From the NCBI GenBank assembly GCA_945873815.1, contig CAMCEE010000001.1:75897-139896 (forward strand): a DNA stretch of 64,000 nucleotides, given 5' to 3'. Of this stretch, positions 49,408 through 58,277 are shown piece after piece. Below the pieces are notes generated by a model. That model worked only from the letters and a program-made list of their open reading frames with translations, was not told the DNA's origin and did not search any database. The DNA is from an uncultured Bacillales bacterium. Its GTDB lineage: Bacteria; Bacillota_I; Bacilli_A; RFN20; CAG-449. Numbering within the stretch: the stretch's first letter is position 1; each line of letters starts with the position of its first letter. Position numbers and translations under genes: made by a program.

Positions 49408-50811
49408 ATGAAAAAGAAAATTCTTATTTTTGGTGCAGCAGCCCTCATGAGTGTAACTACACTCTTGGGCGCTACATCATGTGGCGGAACTAGTTCGTCC
49501 CAATCTAGTTCAGAAAGCAAAGTTAATGTTTATGAAGTACCATTTGATACTACTAAAGAAATAAAAATTAATTTCTATCATACAATGGGACAAACTTTAC
49601 AAAAAGTATTTGAAATGTATTTGGAAGATTTTAATGCAAAATACCCAAATATTAAAGTAAGACATACTTCTGTAGGTAACTATGACGACGTTAGAGATCA
49701 ATTGACTACTGAAATTTCATCTCAAAAGCCAGATGGTGCAACTTTAACATATTGTTATCCGGACCATATTGCAATGTACAACCAAGCAAAATCTGTTATT
49801 CCATTAGATGGATTTATTGATTCCACTCTTAAAATCGGTAATACTGATGAAATTATTGGCTTAACTGATGACCAATTAAATGACTTTGTCGATGCATATT
49901 ATGAAGAAGGTAATCAATTTGGTGATGGTAAAATGTATAGTTTACCATTCTCAAAATCATCGGAAATTTTATATTATAATAAAACTGAATTTGATAGATT
50001 AAATTTATCAGTTCCAGATCACTGGTTCTCAACTAGTGAAACCGATACAACATCTGTAGAATATGCATGTAAAACATTAAAAGCAGCAAACCCTGATGCA
50101 ACTCCATTAGGATATGACTCTGGTGCTAACTGGTTCATCACAATGTGTGAACAAACAGGAGCTCCATATACTTCTGCTTTAGGTGATCATTACTTATTTA
50201 ACAACTCTCAAACTAAAGATTTCGTTAGTAAATTTGTTGACTGGAGAGAAAGAGGATATGTAACTACAAAAGCAATTTTAGGTTCATATACTTCATCTTC
50301 GTTTACAAATAAAGAATTATTTATGTGTATCGGTTCATCAGCTGGTGCGTCATATCAACAACCAGAAAAGAATGCATTTGAAGTAGGCATTGCAACTGTT
50401 CCACAACACGATGCTATTAATCATAAAGCAGTTATTCAACAAGGACCATCTGTATGCTTATTCAATAATAATGATCCACAAGTAGTTATCGCTTCATGGC
50501 TTTTATTAAAATTCTTTACAACAAATGCTGATTTCCAAGCACAATTCTCATTATCTTCAGGTTATACTCCAGTTATTAAATCTGTAGAATTAAATGCTGA
50601 TTATGCAGCAGAACTTGCAAAAGATGGTATTCAAGCAAGAGCAATTAAACAATGTTTAGCACAAAAGGATTACTACTTCATTTCTCCAGCATTCGTTGGT
50701 TCAAGTGAAGCTCGTGAACAAGCTGAAAATATCATGACAAGAAGTTTAAATAAAGAAGATACACTAGATAACATTTTTGCAGATGCAATCATGGAATGCA
50801 CTAAGAACTAG
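49408..50811 (+). CDS. ABC substrate-binding lipoprotein, paralog 2
   Basis: Lipobox LLGATSC. Roughly 45-50% identical by eye to the preceding binding protein. Confidence 0.8.
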   Translation: MKKKILIFGAAALMSVTTLLGATSCGGTSSSQSSSESKVNVYEVPFDTTKEIKINFYHTMGQTLQKVFEMYLEDFNAKYPNIKVRHTSVGNYDDVRDQLTTEISSQKPDGATLTYCYPDHIAMYNQAKSVIPLDGFIDSTLKIGNTDEIIGLTDDQLNDFVDAYYEEGNQFGDGKMYSLPFSKSSEILYYNKTEFDRLNLSVPDHWFSTSETDTTSVEYACKTLKAANPDATPLGYDSGANWFITMCEQTGAPYTSALGDHYLFNNSQTKDFVSKFVDWRERGYVTTKAILGSYTSSSFTNKELFMCIGSSAGASYQQPEKNAFEVGIATVPQHDAINHKAVIQQGPSVCLFNNNDPQVVIASWLLLKFFTTNADFQAQFSLSSGYTPVIKSVELNADYAAELAKDGIQARAIKQCLAQKDYYFISPAFVGSSEAREQAENIMTRSLNKEDTLDNIFADAIMECTKN

Positions 50812-50817
50812 GAGGTA

Positions 50818-52167
50818 GTGATGAAGAAGTTATTAAAAATTTTATCAATTGCTACATTAGTTGCACCTCTTGCATTTGGATTAACTGCTTGTCAACCAAC
50901 GTCATCTAGTTCTACTTCTTCTATAGAAGTCACAACTAGTGAAAAACAATTCATCGATTATGCTTCAGAATTAAAATTTGATGAAAATTCAGGAAGAAAA
51001 TGGGCAGAAGCAACAGTTAAGCAAACTATTGATGGTGATACAACGCACTTCAATGTTCCTACTACTGTCACAGCTGATGGAGTATTAAAAGCAAGATATC
51101 TTGGTATTGATACACCGGAATCAACTGGTAAAGTTGAACCTTGGGGCAAAACTGCATCAAATTTTACAAAAAGTAAATTAACTGAAAAAGGCACACTAAT
51201 TAGAATCGAATCTAATGATGGCGCATGGAATGTTGACTCTACGGGCGAAAGACATTTAGTCTACATTTGGTATAAGAGTCCATCAATGACAGATTATAAA
51301 TGTTTAAATATTGAATTGATGCAAGAAGGATATTCAAAAGGTAAAGGTGGAGGATCCACAGTATATGGAGAATATTTCCAAAAAGCACAAGCTCAAGCAA
51401 TGGACTTCCAATTACATGTTTTCTCAACAGAAAAAGACCCAGATTTCTATTATGGTGATTATGTAGAAACAACAATTAGAGGGTTAAAAGAAGCTCCAAA
51501 AGATTATGAAGGAATTTTAGTTAGATTTGAAGGATTAATCACTAAAATAAATTCAAATACTGCATACGTCGTCGATTACGATGAGGAAAATGAAATATAT
51601 TATGGAATGCAAGTATTCTATGGATATGATGCTTCTGTTGGATCAAATATGCAAGTAGGTAATTTAGTTTCATTCTGTGGTAAATATCTATACTATGAAG
51701 CTGGTCAAATTTATCAAGTTTCAGATTTGGAATATTTTGCCATGAGACCAAATTATTCAAAGAATTTAAGAGTTCTTGAAACTGGAGTTACTGTAACTCC
51801 TGTTGAAATCACAGCTACCCAACTATCTGATACAACTCCAAAGGAGATTTATGGAGGGATCAGTTATGTTGATTGTATCTTGAATTCATATGTTAAAATG
51901 ACAAACCTAAGAGTTACTGATGTATATACTACGCAAGAAGGTAAATCTACTGGTGCAATGACTCTTACATGTGCAACATCTGATAATAAGGTGGTATCTG
52001 TAAGAACTACTGTTCTAAAAGATGCTCAAGGTAACTTAATTACTGAAGATGATGTATTGAATAAAACAATTGATGCAGTTGGTATCGTTGGAAAATATGT
52101 TTCCGATTATAGCGGTGTTAGCTATCAACTCAATGTTTATTCATTAAATGATTTAACAATCAAATAA
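50818..52167 (+). CDS. Surface lipoprotein with staphylococcal (micrococcal) nuclease-fold domain
   Basis: Lipobox FGLTAC. IDGDTTHF, RYLGIDTPE, WGKTASNFTKSKL, GERHLVYIWY, LNIELMQEGYSKG and YFQKAQAQAM align to SNase IDGDT, RLLLVDTPE, YGPEASAFTKK, GRGLAYIY, LVRQGLAKV and LRKSEAQAKK. The C-terminal ~230 aa is unknown (OB-like). Confidence 0.8.
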   Translation: MMKKLLKILSIATLVAPLAFGLTACQPTSSSSTSSIEVTTSEKQFIDYASELKFDENSGRKWAEATVKQTIDGDTTHFNVPTTVTADGVLKARYLGIDTPESTGKVEPWGKTASNFTKSKLTEKGTLIRIESNDGAWNVDSTGERHLVYIWYKSPSMTDYKCLNIELMQEGYSKGKGGGSTVYGEYFQKAQAQAMDFQLHVFSTEKDPDFYYGDYVETTIRGLKEAPKDYEGILVRFEGLITKINSNTAYVVDYDEENEIYYGMQVFYGYDASVGSNMQVGNLVSFCGKYLYYEAGQIYQVSDLEYFAMRPNYSKNLRVLETGVTVTPVEITATQLSDTTPKEIYGGISYVDCILNSYVKMTNLRVTDVYTTQEGKSTGAMTLTCATSDNKVVSVRTTVLKDAQGNLITEDDVLNKTIDAVGIVGKYVSDYSGVSYQLNVYSLNDLTIK

Positions 52168-52187
52168 AAAAATGAGAGGAAAAGAAA

Positions 52188-54506
52188 ATGAAAAAATCTA
52201 AATTATTAACATTATCAGCAACATTGTTAATGGCTCTTACAGCAGTTGGATGTAATCTAACTTCTAGTTCAACTTCGAGTGAACCAGCAACAAGTAGTGA
52301 ACCTAGTAGTGTAGTATCTTCAACATCAGAATATTCTGTTGATGAGGTTCTTTCTCAAGCAGCTACAACATTATGGACAATGTACAAAGATGATAATAAT
52401 TCATACATTCTAGGAAACTATGAACTAGTAAAGAAAATTACTATGATGGGTGGAGCTTATTCAGTTGACGTTTCTTGGACAATTGATAACTTAGTAGGTT
52501 CTACAGAAGGAGTTAAATTAATTGAATCTTCTGATCCAACAAACTTCCAAACGGTATATGTTGGGTACTATGATATGGTGATTTCCGAAGAAACATCTTA
52601 TAACCTTATTCCTACTTTAACATATAAAGGAACTTCAAAAGTTATGGGAGATATCCTATCCTTAGACTCAAAAGGAAACAAGAAGGTTTTCACAAGAAAA
52701 GCAAAACAATTAGTATTCAATACATATGAAGAATTTATCAGGATCGCGGATAAAGCTGGCGGAAAACAAAATGATGATTGTGTTGCAGCAATTAAAGGCT
52801 ACGTTCAAGGCATTTCTGGAAATGGAAAATATGTATACGTTAGAGATGAAGGACATGCATATTTAATCTATGGATCTGGATATAAAGAGCAAAAGGATTT
52901 TGCTGTTGGAGATTATATCGCAGTTGCTGGTCCAGTTTATTCTTATAGTGGATGTTATGAATTTGTTAAAGCAACAATTAAGAAACTAGATAAGACTACT
53001 GCAGGCTATGATATGCCAACAAATTATGTCGATGTAACTGAAGATTTCAATAAAGCAAAAGATAATAAAGATGCATCTTTAGCAAAATATCAAAGTATGC
53101 ATGTTGAAATCAAAAATTGTACAGTTGATTCTGTCGATGAATCATATTATTATTTCAAAACTGCAGATGGTGTTAAATATAATTTATATTGGTCAACATC
53201 ATATTTCTTAACTAAAGATGAAAATAATCAATGGGCTGATTTATTTAAAGCATTAGTTGGTGAAAAGAATGTTAAGATTAATGTTAAAGGTATGGTTAAC
53301 TGCTTTAGTTCAGCACATCAAATCTATCCAACAAGTGTTGATTGCTTTGAAGTAGTTGCAACAGATGCAGTAAAAGCTAAGATTGCTGCAAAAGCAGTTT
53401 CATTAACAGGCTATAAATCATTCTTTAATACTGCTGCAGAAATTGCTCTTCCTACTAAAGGAGCATTAGGTTCAACAATTACATGGTCATTACCTGCTGA
53501 TGCTCCAACACAATTTGCAATTGAAAATGGTAAATTAAAAATTACTCCAACAAAAGTAGGTGATGTTGCAAAAACAAAATTGACTGGAGTAGTTACAATA
53601 GGTGAAGCAAAAGCAAATGTAACATTTGATTTAAATGCTAAAGATATTACAGATGCAGAACAAGCAGAATTGGCTCTTAATGAATTACAAGCACAAATGA
53701 CAGTATATGGTGGAGCAAATCTTCCAACAACAAGTGCTACATATGCAGGTGCAGAAATCTCTTGGGCATTAAAAGATGCTAACGCAACAGGCGTTAAAGT
53801 TACAAATAATGTTGTAGTTTTCGATGTTGCAACTGAAGATAAAACTGCAGTCTTAGTTGCAACTGCAAAAGTTGGTAATGAAACAAAAACAAAAGAAGTT
53901 ACAGTTACTGCAAAACCTACAACAACAATTGCAAGTTTCTTATCTACAAAAGATAAAACTAATGAAGTATATGTTAGAGGTACAGTTGTTGCAACAGAAA
54001 AGGTTAATGCTTCAACAGGATTCATATTAAAAGACGCAACAGGATTAGTATACTCATACGATAAATTAGATGTTAAAGTCGGAGATGAAATCGTAGTTAA
54101 AGCAAAGTATACAGAAAACTATGGCTTCCCACAAATAAAACCAAATACAAGTGAAAAAGTAGTAATTTTAGGAAATGCTAAAGTTAATTTAGGTGAAGCT
54201 GACCTTAAAGTTAATGCTTCAACAGTTGTTGCAGATGCTGCATCAAATAATGTCATTGGTAAATACGATGGAAAAACAATCGAGATTACTGATGGATATG
54301 TTATCAAAAATGAATCTAAATATGGAATTGCTGTCTCAAGTAGCGAAACTTCATATAAAATTAATTTATATTGTAATACTGATTTAAAAGACTTTGTCGG
54401 TAAGAAAGTAAAAGTAATCGGATTCTGCAGAGGAAACAACTCTAAAAACGGAACAATAAATATTGTAGTTGCTTCTATTACTGAAGTAACTGAAACTGCA
54501 GCTTAA
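52188..54506 (+). CDS. Large lipoprotein, hypothetical (OB-fold-like and Ig-like repeats)
   Basis: Lipobox LTAVGC. The N-terminal domain is paralogous to the 54704 gene, followed by repeated beta-rich modules. Confidence 0.6.
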   Translation: MKKSKLLTLSATLLMALTAVGCNLTSSSTSSEPATSSEPSSVVSSTSEYSVDEVLSQAATTLWTMYKDDNNSYILGNYELVKKITMMGGAYSVDVSWTIDNLVGSTEGVKLIESSDPTNFQTVYVGYYDMVISEETSYNLIPTLTYKGTSKVMGDILSLDSKGNKKVFTRKAKQLVFNTYEEFIRIADKAGGKQNDDCVAAIKGYVQGISGNGKYVYVRDEGHAYLIYGSGYKEQKDFAVGDYIAVAGPVYSYSGCYEFVKATIKKLDKTTAGYDMPTNYVDVTEDFNKAKDNKDASLAKYQSMHVEIKNCTVDSVDESYYYFKTADGVKYNLYWSTSYFLTKDENNQWADLFKALVGEKNVKINVKGMVNCFSSAHQIYPTSVDCFEVVATDAVKAKIAAKAVSLTGYKSFFNTAAEIALPTKGALGSTITWSLPADAPTQFAIENGKLKITPTKVGDVAKTKLTGVVTIGEAKANVTFDLNAKDITDAEQAELALNELQAQMTVYGGANLPTTSATYAGAEISWALKDANATGVKVTNNVVVFDVATEDKTAVLVATAKVGNETKTKEVTVTAKPTTTIASFLSTKDKTNEVYVRGTVVATEKVNASTGFILKDATGLVYSYDKLDVKVGDEIVVKAKYTENYGFPQIKPNTSEKVVILGNAKVNLGEADLKVNASTVVADAASNNVIGKYDGKTIEITDGYVIKNESKYGIAVSSSETSYKINLYCNTDLKDFVGKKVKVIGFCRGNNSKNGTINIVVASITEVTETAA

Positions 54507-54526
54507 GATTAACTTAAGATTTATTA

Positions 54527-54562
54527 GAGGCGAATGAAATAGCGTTCATTCGCTTCTTTTTT
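54527..54562 (+). terminator. Rho-independent terminator
   Basis: GCGAATGAA-ATAGCG-TTCATTCGC forms a 9-bp stem followed by TTCTTTTTTT. Confidence 0.7.
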
Positions 54563-54703
54563 TACTTTCTTACAATATCATTTTATATTGTTTATGATAA
54601 CGTGAATCCTAAAGTTGTGATAAGTTTTTCTCATATTTCTCTTAATGAGTTTTCTATTTAAAATGAAAGAATAATCTTCTATAATGTTATTAGGCTATAG
54701 ATT

Positions 54704-55822
54704 ATGAAAAAGAGATATTTATTATTATTTGCATTACTTGCAAGCATATCAATTAATATTACGGGGTGTAAAAGAAATACGCCTCCATCGTCTTCTTCTT
54801 CGGAAGAACCGATTTTATCTGTTTCTATGTTGACTCCAGAAAAGGCATTAGAAGAGGCTGCAAATGTTTTATATGATATGTATAAAGATTCCATTAATTC
54901 CTTTGTTTATGATAATTTTGAAGTAGCAAAAAAGTTTCATATTTTTGATGATGAAAGAATTGATGTTACTTGGGAATTATCGATATTAAAAGGTGAAGGT
55001 GATGGAGTAAGATTGATAAATGCTAAAGATCGTGACAATTATCAAGGTATTTATGTTGGTTTTTATGATGATTTAATAAAATCAGAGATGGAATTTGAAT
55101 TAATTCCAACTCTTGATTATAAAGGAACATCGAAGGAATTTAAGGATATATTAGGAAATGAAAAGCGCTTTATATACAAGGTTGAGAAATTATCTCCTAT
55201 TAACTTTGATGAATATATTGCTTTATGTAAGGAAGCAGGACCAATTAGTGATAATAAGAATAAGACATGTCTCATGAATTTGACAGTTTTAACCATTTCA
55301 TTAGATGGAAAGAATATCTTCTTACACGATGAAGAAAATAATGGTGTTCTTTGTTTTGATACGGAATATAGTAAAAATGATTTCTTTCCTGGAGATAAAG
55401 TATCAGTTATAGGTAAATGCTATTATGATAATAATACTTATCTTATTAATAAACCTAAAATTAATTTAATCTCGCGTTCTGATCCTTCATATGGAAAACC
55501 AGAATATCTTGATGTCACTTCAATATATAGTGATAATTCAACATTTAATGAGAATATTAATATTCATCAAAATTCAAGAATAAGCGTTAATAATATTACA
55601 TTCTCTAATATTTCAAGTGACGTTATATTATTTTTATTAAACGGAAAAGAATACAAAATACTACGCGATAATAATTATTTTTTAACTGAGCAAGAAAACA
55701 ATATGCTATTTGAAAACATCGTTTCTGGAACAAAAGCAAATGTTAAAGGTATTCTTAGATGTATCGAAGGAGAATACTATATTATTCCAGATACTGTTGA
55801 TTCGTTTGAATTAGTGGAGTAA
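54704..55822 (+). CDS. Lipoprotein, paralog of the N-terminal half of the 52188 gene
   Basis: Lipobox NITGC. LYDMYKDSINSFVYDNFEVAKKF..IDVTWELSILKGEGDGVRLINA aligns with LWTMYKDDNNSYILGNYELVKKI..VDVSWTIDNLVGSTEGVKLIES. Confidence 0.6.
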   Translation: MKKRYLLLFALLASISINITGCKRNTPPSSSSSEEPILSVSMLTPEKALEEAANVLYDMYKDSINSFVYDNFEVAKKFHIFDDERIDVTWELSILKGEGDGVRLINAKDRDNYQGIYVGFYDDLIKSEMEFELIPTLDYKGTSKEFKDILGNEKRFIYKVEKLSPINFDEYIALCKEAGPISDNKNKTCLMNLTVLTISLDGKNIFLHDEENNGVLCFDTEYSKNDFFPGDKVSVIGKCYYDNNTYLINKPKINLISRSDPSYGKPEYLDVTSIYSDNSTFNENINIHQNSRISVNNITFSNISSDVILFLLNGKEYKILRDNNYFLTEQENNMLFENIVSGTKANVKGILRCIEGEYYIIPDTVDSFELVE

Positions 55823-56491
55823 AAGACTTTTATTAATTAATTCGTAGTTTTCTAAAATCTTTTTAAATAGTTTATACACTTCATCGTATTTCTTTAATAT
55901 AAGCCTTAGCGCAAGCGTTTGATAATCTCTTGATATATTTTCAATAGTTTCGTATAAAACTTCTTTATTTGTCTCAAAATAGATAGTGGAGATATCTTCA
56001 ATGAATCTTTGGATATTCTCTTTTATCTCTTTCTCATAAGTTTTAAGTTTTTCTTTATCTTTAGTAAGAAGGACATCGGAAATTTCAATGATTTTAAAAT
56101 TGATTGCTTCGATGTCTTTTCTCATTGTATCTTTTTGATCATTTGAAAGTGATAACCCGTTAACTAGTTTTTGATGTTCTTCTTTTAATGCTTCTTTATT
56201 GTAGTGAACATTATCTTTGAAATATAGACTCGAGACGATGCATTCTTTTATTAGATAAGCAATCGAAGTGAGAGATGTTGTTATTGTATCTATTTCAATA
56301 TTCATATCGATTATTTCTAGTTTTGTAAGGGAAACAATATGAATAGGAGTATTAGGAGTTAATGGAATATATTTCATTATTTTATTGTATCTGTAAAAGA
56401 GTCTTTTACTGATATCGAATTTTTCACATATCGATTCAATCGTATCTCCTTTTTGAACGATATATTTGTTTACATAAGCATTTGTTTTCAT
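55811..56491 (-). CDS. LysM-domain protein with coiled-coil region
   Basis: N-terminal YIVQKGDTIESICEKFDIS..L..YN fits the LysM pattern. The remainder is alpha-helical. Confidence 0.5.
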   Translation of the reverse strand: MKTNAYVNKYIVQKGDTIESICEKFDISKRLFYRYNKIMKYIPLTPNTPIHIVSLTKLEIIDMNIEIDTITTSLTSIAYLIKECIVSSLYFKDNVHYNKEALKEEHQKLVNGLSLSNDQKDTMRKDIEAINFKIIEISDVLLTKDKEKLKTYEKEIKENIQRFIEDISTIYFETNKEVLYETIENISRDYQTLALRLILKKYDEVYKLFKKILENYELINKSLLLH

Positions 56492-56661
56492 AGTATGTCC
56501 TCATTTAATCTTATGAATGATAAATGATTTTATGAGTGATTTTTATATCTGTATTCTTTAATTATGTTCGCGAATAGGATAATATATTTAAATCGTATTA
56601 TGCTTGTTGAAAATGAGATAAGCGTTTTGTATCATTATGTTAGTGTAAGAGGTGATGATGT

Positions 56662-57285
56662 ATGAATAGGTCAATTATTATCGCAGTTGCAGGAGGCTCT
56701 GCAAGTGGGAAAACTACGGTTGTTAATGAGATTAGAGATGCTTTAGCAAATGAAGATATCGTGATTATAAAACACGATGATTATTATCGTGATCAAAGCG
56801 ATAAAACAATGGAAGAGAGAAAAAGAACAAACTATGATCATCCATCTTCTTTAGAAAATGAATTACTCATTCAACATTTAAAAGAATTACTTAAAGGAAA
56901 TTCCATCAATAAGCCTAATTATGATTTTGTTGAACAAACTAGAAGTAAAGAGTATACGTTAGTAAATCCTGCAAAAGTAATCATTCTTGATGGTATTCTA
57001 GTTTTAGAAGATGAGAGAATAAGGGAACTATGTGATATAAAAGTATTTGTTGAATGCGATGAAGATTTAAGACTCATTAGACGTATTAAAAGAGATATGG
57101 TTGAAAGAGGCAGAGATTTTGATCATATTATCGAACAATATTTAACTTCAGTTAAACCAATGTATCATGCATTTGTATCTCCAAGTAAAAGATATGCGGA
57201 TGTATTGATTCCAAATGATTTTTCTCATACTGTTGGAGTTGATTTATTGATTGAAAAGATTAAATCAATTTTGAGAAAAAAATAA
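56662..57285 (+). CDS. udk: Uridine kinase
   Basis: P-loop IIAVAGGSASGKTT and a udk-like core. Confidence 0.85.
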   Translation: MNRSIIIAVAGGSASGKTTVVNEIRDALANEDIVIIKHDDYYRDQSDKTMEERKRTNYDHPSSLENELLIQHLKELLKGNSINKPNYDFVEQTRSKEYTLVNPAKVIILDGILVLEDERIRELCDIKVFVECDEDLRLIRRIKRDMVERGRDFDHIIEQYLTSVKPMYHAFVSPSKRYADVLIPNDFSHTVGVDLLIEKIKSILRKK

Positions 57286-57304
57286 TGTATTTATATGTAC
57301 AAAG

Positions 57305-57560
57305 TGACATGCTCCCACCACTTATAGAAGTGGGGGCTTCTCGCTCAAGGATTCTACAGAACCTAGTATCAACGAGCTAACCGGCAATGTCCTTGCCTTT
57401 TAATATATCAAGTCCCTAGTACTATATAATCACCCTATATATAGTACTAGGACTTATAGACCCTCTTGAATACTACCTAAAACCGGTAGCATAGAATGTT
57501 TATTTAAACCGCCTTATACGGAAGACCGTACGTATGGTGGTGTGAGAGGGAGCGGAAAAC
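57305..57560 (+). other. GC-rich, highly structured intergenic element (candidate ncRNA or MITE-like element), class unassigned
   Basis: 5' GCTCCCACCAC (~57311) can pair with 3' GGTGGTGTGAGAGGGAGC (~57536), forming a closing helix. There is a 17-bp near-perfect internal hairpin at 57411..57455 (AGTCCCTAGTACTATATA-ATCACCC-TATATAGTACTAGGACT) and several further stems. GC content is much higher than in the flanks. No protein-coding potential. Confidence 0.35.
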
Positions 57561-57712
57561 ATTAGTTTTCATTCTCTACTCGATTTATCATTTTGATATT
57601 CTTTACATAAATAAAAAAAGTTATTGACTAAAACGTTAATGCGTTTATATAATAATAGAGCAATGTGGCCTTCGTCAATGTAAGATCATTTATATAAGGA
57701 GATTATCAAATT

Positions 57713-57928
57713 ATGAAATTCAAATGTGCTAGTATTCTATTTATTGGATCACTTATTAGTTTTCTTTTCGAATGCTATTTTATCTTTCAAATTGCGAATA
57801 ATAATTGCTTTAATGGTGTATTTTGCTTTTTATATGTTCTTTCATTTGTAATCTTAATAGTTTCTTTTATTATTCTTACTATTTCTTCTTTTATTTTAGT
57901 AAGAAGAGCTATAAAAAAAGATGAATAA
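57713..57928 (+). CDS. Small hydrophobic membrane protein (71 aa)
   Basis: Two predicted TM helices, with an RBS (AGGAGA) upstream. Confidence 0.4.
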   Translation: MKFKCASILFIGSLISFLFECYFIFQIANNNCFNGVFCFLYVLSFVILIVSFIILTISSFILVRRAIKKDE

Positions 57929-58089
57929 TCTACTTATCATAAAAAGTTATATTGCAATTTTTAGGTTTCTTGTAAAAAAGTTGACTTAAGTGCATATTAT
58001 AAATATAATCAAAATATGCAAAGAAAAGAATAGTAGTATTTATTCTAAATTATAGAAAGCTATTGGTTGATGGAAAATAGTATTTATAT

Positions 58090-58268
58090 AAATATGAATA
58101 CATCTTGGAGCAAAATAATTGAAAAATAGTAGGTTATTTCGATTAATACCCGTTAAAGTATTGAGTTTATTTTAAACTCACCGAGGTAGGCAATGTGAGT
58201 TGCCTATGAAAAAAGGTGGTAACACGATTTCTATGTCGTCCTTTTATATAAGGGACGATTTTATTTTG
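58090..58268 (+). promoter_or_regulatory. Putative T-box leader of tyrS with intrinsic terminator
   Basis: T-box-like AAGGTGGTAACACG (~58213) lies immediately 5' of the hairpin CGTCC..GGGACG plus T-run (58236..58268). A stem-loop with AAUACC (Tyr UAC) sits upstream. The downstream gene is tyrS. Confidence 0.5.
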
Positions 58269-58277
58269 GAGGTAATT

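Noticed and set aside
57305-57560. Assignment of the element as tmRNA, RNase P RNA or SRP RNA.
   Set aside because: It lacks the tRNA-like T-arm (GGUUCGAnUCC) and an Ala-resume tag ORF. The apparent GUGACAUGCUCCCAC and ACAGAAC similarities to RNase P P4 strands are only about 50 nt apart, which is incompatible with P4 topology. There is no SRP domain-IV motif.
58200-58277. ORF-track N-terminal extension of tyrS (MPMKKGGNTISMSSFYIRDDFILEVI).
   Set aside because: It is translated T-box/terminator leader sequence. The true start is the ATG at 58278, which has a proper RBS and aligns with the TyrS N-termini.
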